Assembly (NCBI GenBank): GCA_022705905.1
Contig: JAKJDO010000003.1
Location: 14,071 to 78,070, forward strand
Origin: Patescibacteria group bacterium
Lineage (GTDB): Bacteria > Patescibacteriota > Patescibacteriia > Patescibacteriales > UBA12075
Length of the DNA: 64,000 bases
Reading direction: 5' to 3'
Shown here: piece by piece, positions 55,204 to 63,027 of the stretch
Numbering within the stretch: the stretch's first letter is position 1
Layout: each line of letters begins with the position of its first letter
The notes under the pieces: model-generated
What the model saw: the letters and a program-made list of their open reading frames with translations, nothing else
The model's database searches: none
What the model was told of the DNA's origin: nothing
Position numbers and translations under genes: made by a program

Positions 55204-55312
55204 TTTTGCCTTAATTTGCAGCTAATTAAATAGTCTGCTATTATTAAATAATATTTATTTATTAACCTAAGAAATTCTTCATTCCTAAGAGTTTCTTAAA
55301 AAAAATAAAGCT

Positions 55313-56314
55313 ATGAAAAAAGTTGTTATTTTGAGTTTAGCCCTCATGCTACTAACAGCCGGTTGTAGTTTGACGGGCAGCAAGGAAGGCGGTTTTAGCT
55401 TGTTTAAGAATAAAGATGAGCTCAGTGCCGAAGAAGCTAAAATAAAAGCGGCTGATTTTATTGATAATAATTTAGTACAACCAGGCAGTAACGTGACTAT
55501 TAAGGACATTATTGAAGAGGACGGTCTTTATAAGATGACTGTTGTGACTGCCTCTGGTCAAGAAGTTGTTTCTTATTTATCAAAAGACGGTAAGAGATTC
55601 TATCCGCAAGTAATTGACATTGAACAAGTTGAAGCGCAAGCTAAAGAGCAAGAAGCGGCTAACCAAGAATCAGAAACCGTTACCGCTGTCAATTTACCGA
55701 AGCAGGACAAGGCAAAAGTTGAGTTATTCGTTATGAGCCATTGCCCCTACGGCACGCAAATAGAAAAGGGTATTATTCCGGTTATCGAAACTTTAGGCAA
55801 TAAGATAGATTTTGAATTAAAGTTTTGCAACTACGCTATGCACGGTGAGAAAGAATTAAAGGAGCAGCTAAATCAATATTGTATTCAGAAGAACGAGCCA
55901 ACTAAGCTCATTGCTTACTTAAAGTGCTTTTTAGAAGCTGGTGATGGCGATGGTTGTTTAACTAAGACAGGCATTAACAAGAGCAAGTTGTCTGCTTGCT
56001 TTAGCGCAACCGATAAAGAATTTAAAGTGATGGAAGGATTTAATGATAAAAGCACCTGGTTAAACGGCAATTATCCTAAGTTTAATGTTTACAATGATGA
56101 TAATGTGAAATATAGTATTGGCGGCTCCCCAGCTTTGGTGGTTAATGGCCAGCAGGTTTCTTCTGGACGCAGCGCTAAAAGTTTGCTCGATACTATTTGC
56201 GCCGGTTTTAGTTCCCAGCCAGATGAGTGCCAAGAGAATTTGTCTAGCGACAATCCTTCGGCTGGCTTCGGTATGGCTACTGGCGGTTCAGCTTCAAATG
56301 CTAGCTGCAACTAA
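55313..56314 (+). CDS. lipoprotein with thioredoxin/DsbA-like domain
   Basis: 333 aa. Lipobox LTAGC. VMSHCPYG CxxC-type motif (CPYG variant) and several conserved-looking Cys. The family call is tentative. Confidence 0.45.
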   Translation: MKKVVILSLALMLLTAGCSLTGSKEGGFSLFKNKDELSAEEAKIKAADFIDNNLVQPGSNVTIKDIIEEDGLYKMTVVTASGQEVVSYLSKDGKRFYPQVIDIEQVEAQAKEQEAANQESETVTAVNLPKQDKAKVELFVMSHCPYGTQIEKGIIPVIETLGNKIDFELKFCNYAMHGEKELKEQLNQYCIQKNEPTKLIAYLKCFLEAGDGDGCLTKTGINKSKLSACFSATDKEFKVMEGFNDKSTWLNGNYPKFNVYNDDNVKYSIGGSPALVVNGQQVSSGRSAKSLLDTICAGFSSQPDECQENLSSDNPSAGFGMATGGSASNASCN

Positions 56315-56390
56315 AAATTTTTAATATTCTGCATAATAGACGCAAGGGGCGATTGATTTCGCCTCTTGTTTGTTCTAAAATATAAGTTGT

Positions 56391-57104
56391 ATGGCTTTAA
56401 TTTTTGATATTGAGACTGTTGGCGAAAAATTTGATGAACTCGATAGTATTACTCAAGAAAATTTGACTCGTTGGATAAAACGTGAAGCCGCCGGCAATAC
56501 AGAAAAATTTAATGTGATGCTGGCTGACTTGAAAGAGAGCTTAGGATTTTCGCCTTTAACCGGGCAAATTGTCGCTATCGGCGTTTTTGACACCATAAAA
56601 AATCAAGGAGTCGTTTATTATCAGGCGCCAGCTAGCGAAGAAAAAGACAGTCAAGAAGAAAATTTTTTATTTAAACCTAAAACCGAAGCAGAAATGTTAA
56701 CAGCTTTTTGGCTGGGAGCAACCCGTTACCAGGAATTCATTAGTTTTAACGGCCGTTCTTTTGACGTCCCCTTTTTGGTCATGCGCTCCGCCAAACACCA
56801 GATAAAGCCGACTGTTAATTTGATGACTTATCGTTATGGGCGCGATCGCGATTACGGAACTAAGCACATTGACTTACTTGACCATCTAACTTATCAAGGC
56901 GCTGTTAGGCGCAAAGGCAGTTTACATTTATTTTGTCGGATGTTTAATATTAAATCGCCGAAAAGCGGCGGCATAACCGGAGATGACGTTAGTCGTTTAT
57001 TCAACGAAAAAAAATATTTGGAAATAGCGGAATATAATAGTTGGGATTTGATTGCGACCTGGGATCTCTATAAGATTTGGCAAAAATATATTAATTTAAA
57101 TTAA
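56391..57104 (+). CDS. RNase H-fold 3'-5' exonuclease (PolB-exonuclease-like)
   Basis: 237 aa. LIFDIETVG (ExoI), FNGRSFDVPFL (ExoII), HIDLLD region. Confidence 0.6.
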   Translation: MALIFDIETVGEKFDELDSITQENLTRWIKREAAGNTEKFNVMLADLKESLGFSPLTGQIVAIGVFDTIKNQGVVYYQAPASEEKDSQEENFLFKPKTEAEMLTAFWLGATRYQEFISFNGRSFDVPFLVMRSAKHQIKPTVNLMTYRYGRDRDYGTKHIDLLDHLTYQGAVRRKGSLHLFCRMFNIKSPKSGGITGDDVSRLFNEKKYLEIAEYNSWDLIATWDLYKIWQKYINLN

Positions 57105-57159
57105 TATAAAATGAAAAGTTATTTAATTTTTAACTTTGAATTGCCATTTTGTATTATTC

Positions 57160-57188
57160 TTGACAGAAAGTAGAAATTACAATATACT
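57160..57188 (+). promoter_or_regulatory. sigma70-type promoter of rpsA
   Basis: TTGACA (57160-65), 17-nt spacer, TATACT (57183-88). It is followed by a ~115-nt structured, SD-less leader. Confidence 0.55.
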
Positions 57189-57312
57189 TAGAATGTAAAA
57201 AAATAATACCGCTTTTATTAAACCTCTGAAGTAGCGGCCAGAGGACTTGCCTGCGGGCGGGTTAAACTAGGCTTTTTTTATTAGTAAAAAAGTTTAGCTT
57301 GAAGATAATATT

Positions 57313-58578
57313 ATGTCAGATGAAGTAAAGACAACCAATAACAGCTCTAGTGAAGATTTCAAAAAATTGCTAGATGTCAATGATTTTAAAATTCCGCAAG
57401 TTGGCGACTTGGTAAAAGGCAAAGTTATTACCGCCTCTAAAGCTGAAGTCAAATTGGATATCGGCGGCTTTATTACAGGTGTGGTCCGCGGCCCGGAGCT
57501 TTACGAAGAAGACGATGATTATGCTGATTTACAGTCAGGCGACGATGTCGAAGCTACCGTTATTGATGCTGAAAACGAGAATGGTGAGTTGGAACTTTCT
57601 TTTCGTTTTGCCGGCCAGGAAAAGGCTTGGAGCGGTTTGCGCAAGGCCTTCTCTAACCGTGAAATTCTTAAAGTCAAAGTAGCCGACGCCAATAAAGGCG
57701 GTCTTTTGGTTAAGTATCGCCAGATTGCCGGTTTTTTGCCAGTGTCGCAATTAGCTCCGGAAAATTATCCGCGCGTTAACGGTGGTGATAAGGGTAAGAT
57801 TTTAGAAAAATTAAAATCATTCGCCGGCAAAGAATTTGAAGCCAAAGTCATGACTCTTGAAGAAAGAGAAGATAAAATTATTTTTTCAGAAAAGGAAGCC
57901 TGGAACGAGAAACAAAAAGATGTTATTCAAAAATATAAAGTCGGTACCGCTGTTGAGGGGAATATTACCGCTATTACTGATTTTGGTGTTTTTGTTAGCT
58001 TCGGCGACAATATGGAAGGTTTAATCCATATTTCCGAATTAGCTTGGCAACGCATTGACGATCCCGCTGATCTTTTTAAAGTCGGCGACAAAGTTAAGGC
58101 TGAGGTTATCAGCGTTGAGAACGGCAAAATTTTCTTAAGCGCCAAAAAGCTCATCCATGATCCTTGGACCGATGTTGATAAAAAGTATAAAACCGGTCAG
58201 ATTGTCGACGGCACCATTCTTAAAGTTAATCCGTTTGGTTTGTTTGTGAAATTAGACGACGACATTCATGGCTTAGCTCATATCAGTCAAATCGCCCTTG
58301 GCCCAAAGGAAAGAATCCACGATATTTACAAAGCCAAAGACGTTGTTAAATTTGAAATTGTTTCTATCGAACCAAAAGAACATCGACTTGGTCTGACGGT
58401 TGCCGCTGATAAAGCCAAAAAACAAGCAGAGCCAGCTAAGGAAGTTAAGGAAGAAAAAGAAAAAAAGACAAAAGATGAACCCTCCTCTGCTGAAGCTACG
58501 GATGACAAGAAATCAAAAGCTAAAAAAGAGACTAAAGAAAAAGCAGAAAAAAAGCCAGCCAAGAAAGCAAAAAAGTAA
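57313..58578 (+). CDS. rpsA: 30S ribosomal protein S1 (four S1 domains) with Lys-rich tail
   Basis: 421 aa. Repeated S1 OB motifs (G..V.G.V......G.FV....G..G..H.SE). The C-terminal ~60 aa are K/E/A-rich. Confidence 0.9.
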   Translation: MSDEVKTTNNSSSEDFKKLLDVNDFKIPQVGDLVKGKVITASKAEVKLDIGGFITGVVRGPELYEEDDDYADLQSGDDVEATVIDAENENGELELSFRFAGQEKAWSGLRKAFSNREILKVKVADANKGGLLVKYRQIAGFLPVSQLAPENYPRVNGGDKGKILEKLKSFAGKEFEAKVMTLEEREDKIIFSEKEAWNEKQKDVIQKYKVGTAVEGNITAITDFGVFVSFGDNMEGLIHISELAWQRIDDPADLFKVGDKVKAEVISVENGKIFLSAKKLIHDPWTDVDKKYKTGQIVDGTILKVNPFGLFVKLDDDIHGLAHISQIALGPKERIHDIYKAKDVVKFEIVSIEPKEHRLGLTVAADKAKKQAEPAKEVKEEKEKKTKDEPSSAEATDDKKSKAKKETKEKAEKKPAKKAKK

Positions 58579-58603
58579 ACTCACATATTACGTAACACGT
58601 AAC

Positions 58604-58631
58604 AAAACGAGCGGTTTTATCCGCTCGTTTT
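58604..58631. terminator. bidirectional intrinsic terminator
   Basis: AAAACGAGCGG-TTTTAT-CCGCTCGTTTT. Confidence 0.75.
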
Positions 58632-58815
58632 GGTTTCAAAATGTTTATGATTGTTATTGATGCTATGAACTAAAGTGTTTGAGACAAAAGCGTCTATTTT
58701 CTCTAGGCTTCTCATGGCATAGGTATTTATCATGAGTCTAAAGTCTGATTTTTTAGCACATGACCGCCTCCTTTATAATTTTTTAAAGTATATTCCCTGG
58801 ACATTAATATGTCAA
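58617..58815 (-). other. promoter + AAGGAGG + two-codon ORF (ATG TGC TAA) unit; possible sRNA or leader
   Basis: On the minus strand: TTGACA (58815-10), 17-nt spacer, TATACT (58792-87), AAGGAGG (58773-67), ATG at 58761 followed by TGC TAA. A 38-aa ORF (58733-58617, no SD) runs into the shared terminator. Confidence 0.35.
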
Positions 58816-58927
58816 ATGAAAAATATTAGGCTAAAATGGCTGTAAAAAATGGTCTAACAGCTGTTGCCAAATGCGCCATAATATTATATACTACCATTTA
58901 TGCTAACAATTAAAATTATTTTTTAAT

Positions 58928-60865
58928 ATGAAAAATTTAATAAAAAATTTTTTAATCTTTTTTGTCTTTTTTTTGGTTATTGCGGCAGTTTTTAGCGGTC
59001 TGGTTAACAAAGCCGAACAAGCAGAAAAAGTCGGTATAGAAACTTTAATTAGCCGTATAAATGAAGAACAGGTTGAGAGCATAACTATCAACGGTGCAGA
59101 AATGCAAGTGGCTTTAAAGGACGGCGCTAAAGAGGTAGTTAAAAAGGAGGCCGGGCAGACTTATTCAGAGCTTTTGGCTAATTACGGCGTTGATAAAGAT
59201 AAGATGGTTAAAGTTAAAGTCGAGGTAATTGAAGATCAGGGCTGGAATTTTTGGCTGACGACTATCCTGCCTTTTCTGCTGCCATTTTTGTTGATTGGCG
59301 CTTTTATTTATTTTATGATGCGCAGCGTCCAGGGGGCCAATTCCAAGGCTTTGATGTTTGGACAATCGCAGGCCAAAGAGTTTAATCAGGAAAATAAAAA
59401 TAAAGTGTCTTTTAAAGACGTAGCTGGCGCCAAGGAAGCTAAGGAAGAATTGGCAGAAGTGGTAGAATTTTTAAGAACGCCGAAAAAATTTCAGGAATTA
59501 GGCGCGCGTATTCCGCGCGGCGTTTTGCTTTTGGGCAGTCCGGGCACCGGCAAGACTTTGCTAGCGCGGGCGGTAGCTGGCGAAGCTAATGTCCCCTTTT
59601 TCCATATTTCAGGTTCGGAATTTGTTGAGATGTTTGTCGGTGTTGGCGCTTCGCGCGTCCGCGATTTATTTAAAAAAGCCAAAAAGAATGCTCCCTGTAT
59701 TGTTTTTATTGATGAAATTGACGCCGTTGGTCGTAAGCGCGGCGCCGGACTGGGTGGGTCGCATGATGAGCGCGAGCAGACTTTAAACCAGATCCTAGTC
59801 GAGATGGACGGTTTTGATCAAAATACTAATATTATTGTTATGGCGGCAACGAATCGTCCGGATGTTTTAGATCCAGCGCTTTTACGTCCGGGACGTTTTG
59901 ACCGTCAGGTAGTACTTGAAAATCCGGACATTAAAGATCGTGAAGAAATCTTAAAAGTGCATGCCAAGAAAAAACCGTTGGCAAAAGATGTTAGCTTACG
60001 TCGCGTGGCTGAACGTACACCTGGATTCTCCGGTGCTGATTTAGCTAACGTTTTAAACGAGGGCGCGATTTTGGCCGCTCGCCAAAATAAAAAGATTATT
60101 GAAATGCCCGATTTATTTGAAGCGATTGAAAAAGTCATGCTGGGTCCGGAGCGTAAGAGCCGCGTTTTATCTGAGCGCGAAAAAGAAATTACCGCTTATC
60201 ATGAAGCCGGGCACGCTATCGTGGCTCACTTTTTGCATCATATGGATCCGGTGCAGAAAATTTCGATTATCGCCCGCGGCCAGGCTGGCGGTTATACGAT
60301 AAAATTACCGACCGAAGATAAGCATATGTTTACTAAAACCGAGTATATTGAAGAGATCGCGGTGCTACTCGCCGGCTATTTAACTGAAAAAGAAAAGTAC
60401 GGCGAAGTAACAACCGGCGCTACCTCTGATTTGCGCCGCGCCACTTCGATTGCCCGCCGTTTAGTGACGGACTTCGGCATGTCCGATGGTCTTGGCCTGC
60501 GTACTTACGGCGAAAAAGAAGAGCTTATTTTCTTAGGACGAGAAATTCACGAGCAGCGCGATTATAGCGAAAAAGTCGCCGAACAAATTGATAATGAAAT
60601 TTCCGCTTTTATTGAAAAAGCGACTAAGGAAGCGGAAAAAGTAATTAAAGATAAAAAAGAAATTTTAGAAAAAGTAGTGGCTGAATTGTTAGTTAAAGAA
60701 ACTTTAGAGAAGGAAGAATTCGAAGCGATTGTTGGAGAAAAGGATGGTAAAAAAGTTTTACCAAAAAAAAACGAAGAAGGGCAGGAAAAATTTTCCGCAG
60801 AAGAGGTAACTACAAATGAAAAATCAACTGAGACCGAAATTGTATTAGACAAAGAAGACAAATAA
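58928..60865 (+). CDS. ftsH: ATP-dependent zinc metalloprotease FtsH
   Basis: 645 aa. Two TM helices, GSPGTGKT Walker [13 protein letters not shown] region, HEAGHA zinc motif. It has a K/E-rich C-terminal extension. Confidence 0.95.
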   Translation: MKNLIKNFLIFFVFFLVIAAVFSGLVNKAEQAEKVGIETLISRINEEQVESITINGAEMQVALKDGAKEVVKKEAGQTYSELLANYGVDKDKMVKVKVEVIEDQGWNFWLTTILPFLLPFLLIGAFIYFMMRSVQGANSKALMFGQSQAKEFNQENKNKVSFKDVAGAKEAKEELAEVVEFLRTPKKFQELGARIPRGVLLLGSPGTGKTLLARAVAGEANVPFFHISGSEFVEMFVGVGASRVRDLFKKAKKNAPCIVFIDEIDAVGRKRGAGLGGSHDEREQTLNQILVEMDGFDQNTNIIVMAATNRPDVLDPALLRPGRFDRQVVLENPDIKDREEILKVHAKKKPLAKDVSLRRVAERTPGFSGADLANVLNEGAILAARQNKKIIEMPDLFEAIEKVMLGPERKSRVLSEREKEITAYHEAGHAIVAHFLHHMDPVQKISIIARGQAGGYTIKLPTEDKHMFTKTEYIEEIAVLLAGYLTEKEKYGEVTTGATSDLRRATSIARRLVTDFGMSDGLGLRTYGEKEELIFLGREIHEQRDYSEKVAEQIDNEISAFIEKATKEAEKVIKDKKEILEKVVAELLVKETLEKEEFEAIVGEKDGKKVLPKKNEEGQEKFSAEEVTTNEKSTETEIVLDKEDK

Positions 60866-60878
60866 TATTTTTATAATT

Positions 60879-61001
60879 CCCCTCCTAGGGAGGGGTTGGG
60901 CCTGCCCGCAATGCTTCGCTTGCGAGGCGAGGCGGGGGTAGGTTTATTTTTTCTAACACACCCCGCTCCGCAAATGCGGAGCGCCCCTCTAAATAGAGGG
61001 G
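60879..61001. repeat. cluster of four consecutive GC-rich hairpins
   Basis: CCCCTCC-TA-GGGAGGGG (60879-95). GCTTCGC-TT-GCGAGGC nested in CCCGC..GCGGG (60905-36). CGCTCCGC-AAAT-GCGGAGCG (60964-83). CCCCTCTA-AA-TAGAGGGG (60984-61001). Confidence 0.7.
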
Positions 61002-61038
61002 AATAAAAAAGATCTCGCGTGAAGTGGGATTTTTTTGT

Positions 61039-61076
61039 AAAAAAAAGGGGGCGAGCGTTTTTGGATTGCTCGCCCC
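61039..61076 (-). terminator. intrinsic terminator of the 61105-61539 gene
   Basis: GGGGCGAGC-N11-GCTCGCCCC, followed on the minus strand by T8. Confidence 0.7.
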
Positions 61077-61104
61077 AAGAGGAGGTAACTTGTTTGGGCG
61101 GTTT

Positions 61105-61539
61105 TTAGGCCGCTTTATTTTCGGTTTCAGCGAGTCTGCCGAAGAATTCGTGAGCCTTGATAGCTCCCTTCGGCAACACTGACAGCACCTGTCCCGGCGA
61201 ATATGTTTCGTGGGGCACCAGGTAATCCAGAATCGGCAGGGTCTTTATCTCCTTGGTCACGATATCTAAATAATCGCTTCCAAGGTGAATCAGAGTCTTG
61301 CCGGCGGCAGGCCCATGATAAAAGTTAACCGGCTTCTCTACGATGGTCAGCATAAAACGCCTGACCTTGAGATGTTTTGATAGTACTCCAGCTTCCTGCT
61401 GGAGTCCATTCTGGCTGAGTTCATCAGCCAGAGTCTTTATCTCTTCAGTTGAGACCTTCAGCAAGTCTCGGTCGATCATTTTATTATAGGCTCTGAGTTG
61501 TTCCTTGGCTCCTCGTTGTTCCGTAGTTTGAATGTGCAT
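61105..61539 (-). CDS. orphan 144-aa protein
   Basis: Visibly GC-richer ORF. TTGACA-17-TATGCT promoter (61619-14 / 61596-91), weak SD (AAGGGG), own terminator. No family recognised. Confidence 0.55.
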   Translation of the reverse strand: MHIQTTEQRGAKEQLRAYNKMIDRDLLKVSTEEIKTLADELSQNGLQQEAGVLSKHLKVRRFMLTIVEKPVNFYHGPAAGKTLIHLGSDYLDIVTKEIKTLPILDYLVPHETYSPGQVLSVLPKGAIKAHEFFGRLAETENKAA

Positions 61540-61668
61540 GACTAGTTTTCCCCTTTTTATTGTAGTTTTTTGTTAAAATACAGCTTCGTTAGCATATCAT
61601 TAAATAATTTTTTTGTCAAGTCTTGAGCGATTTTTGTAAATACAGTATGATAACTTACGACTATTAAT

Positions 61669-62004
61669 ATGCGTATCTGGGATCTGCCGCCAAAACATTT
61701 TTGCCACAAGCACCTTGTCGCGGAACATCGTGAGTTGCACGGTCTTTGGAATATTTTAACTATTCATAGGGGTCAAGGCGGTTATTCGCGCCATCCAGAA
61801 ACCTTGCGCTGGGTCGGAAAAACTAAAGCGCTTTATAGTCGCCATAAACTTTTAGTTAAGGAATTTAAACGTCGCGGTTATCGTCATCTATCGCCGTTAG
61901 ATAAAAAGTTGGCAACAGGGAAAAGTAAGCAAGATAAATTAATAGACTCTTTGATCAAGCAAAGAGAAAAATTGAAAGCTAAAAATTGTATCTGCTTTAA
62001 ATAA
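61669..62004 (+). CDS. pyrimidine-dimer DNA glycosylase / endonuclease V (T4 DenV-like, Pyr_excise family)
   Basis: 111 aa. MRIWDLPPKHFCHKHLVAEHRELHGLWNIL..GY..HPE..RW matches the family N-terminal pattern (MR.W.L.P..L....L.AE.RE). Confidence 0.7.
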   Translation: MRIWDLPPKHFCHKHLVAEHRELHGLWNILTIHRGQGGYSRHPETLRWVGKTKALYSRHKLLVKEFKRRGYRHLSPLDKKLATGKSKQDKLIDSLIKQREKLKAKNCICFK

Positions 62005-62130
62005 AGAGGCTGCTTTTTAAAGCAGCTTTTTAGATTGATTTTTTTGGCTAAAAATGGTAGATTAAAGGTGGGTTAAAATATAAAAGATGATTTTATAAGA
62101 AAATAATTATTAATAGTTCTTTGCAATTTT

Positions 62131-62765
62131 ATGTTAGTTTTTATTGATGATTCTGGAGATCCAGGATTTAAATTTAACAAAGGCTCCGCTACTCATTTTG
62201 TTATTGGCATGGTTATATTTGAGGATGAACTAGAAGCGGAAAAGACCGCAATTGCCATTAAAGAGTTAAAACGAGAAATAGGTTTTAAAGATAATACTGA
62301 GTTTAGGTTTTTTAAAACTAGAAAAATTATTCGTCAAAAATTTTTAGAAACCATAAATAAGTTTAATTTTAAAATTAGATGTTTAGTAGTTTAGTAGTAG
62401 ATAAATCAAAAATTTATAGTGACGAGTTAAAAAATAACAAAAATTCATTTTATAGTTATTTTATTAAAGAAGTTTTGCAAAATAGCAATGATAAAATTTT
62501 AGATGCAAAGATTAGAATTGATGGCAGCGGCGACAGATCTTTTAAAAGAAATTTTGTAGCCTATTTAAGGCGTGAATTAAATTCAAAACAAAGAATAGTT
62601 ATGAAAAATTGTAAATTTGTTGATTCTAAAAATAATGTATTAATACAAATGGCGGATATGGTTGCCGGTAGTATTAACAGAGCGCAATGTAAAAATAAAG
62701 AGGACGCGGCTAATTATCTTAAAATTATCAAGAGTCATTTAGATGATATTTGGAATTTTAAGTAA
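62131..62765 (+). pseudogene. DUF3800-domain gene disrupted by an 8-bp tandem duplication
   Basis: MLVFIDDSGDPGF start is typical of DUF3800. GTTTAGTA is duplicated at 62381-88 and 62389-96, giving a TAG in frame 1. Deleting one copy fuses the 87-aa and 128-aa ORFs as ..IRCLVVDKSK.. Confidence 0.75.
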
Positions 62766-62866
62766 CAAAAAAAGCCCTTATAAAAAGGGTCTTTCCAACC
62801 ACGTTCCTATGCTGGGTGTCCCAGCCACGCCACCATCCGGTGACAGTTCGGAATACAGGTTTTTGT
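62764..62866 (-). ncRNA. candidate ~100-nt structured small RNA (promoter and terminator, no ORF)
   Basis: On the minus strand: TTGTTT (62900-895), 17-nt spacer, TGcTACAAT (62880-72). GC-rich body with hairpins GUCACC-GGAU-GGUGGC and CUGGG-ACA-CCCAG enclosed by UUCCGAAC/GUGGUUGGAA. Terminator CCCUU-N5-AAGGG plus U-run (62790-62764). Confidence 0.35.
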
Positions 62867-63027
62867 ATCTTTATTGTAGCACATATTTTTTAGAAAAACA
62901 AGAAATATAGTGGGCTATTTTAAAATATTTGTTTAATTTTAGGCAAAATATTTTTTATAAAAATGATAATTTTCATAAAATTTTAATATCACAAATAAAT
63001 ATATCTAAAAGAAATAGTTAAATAATC

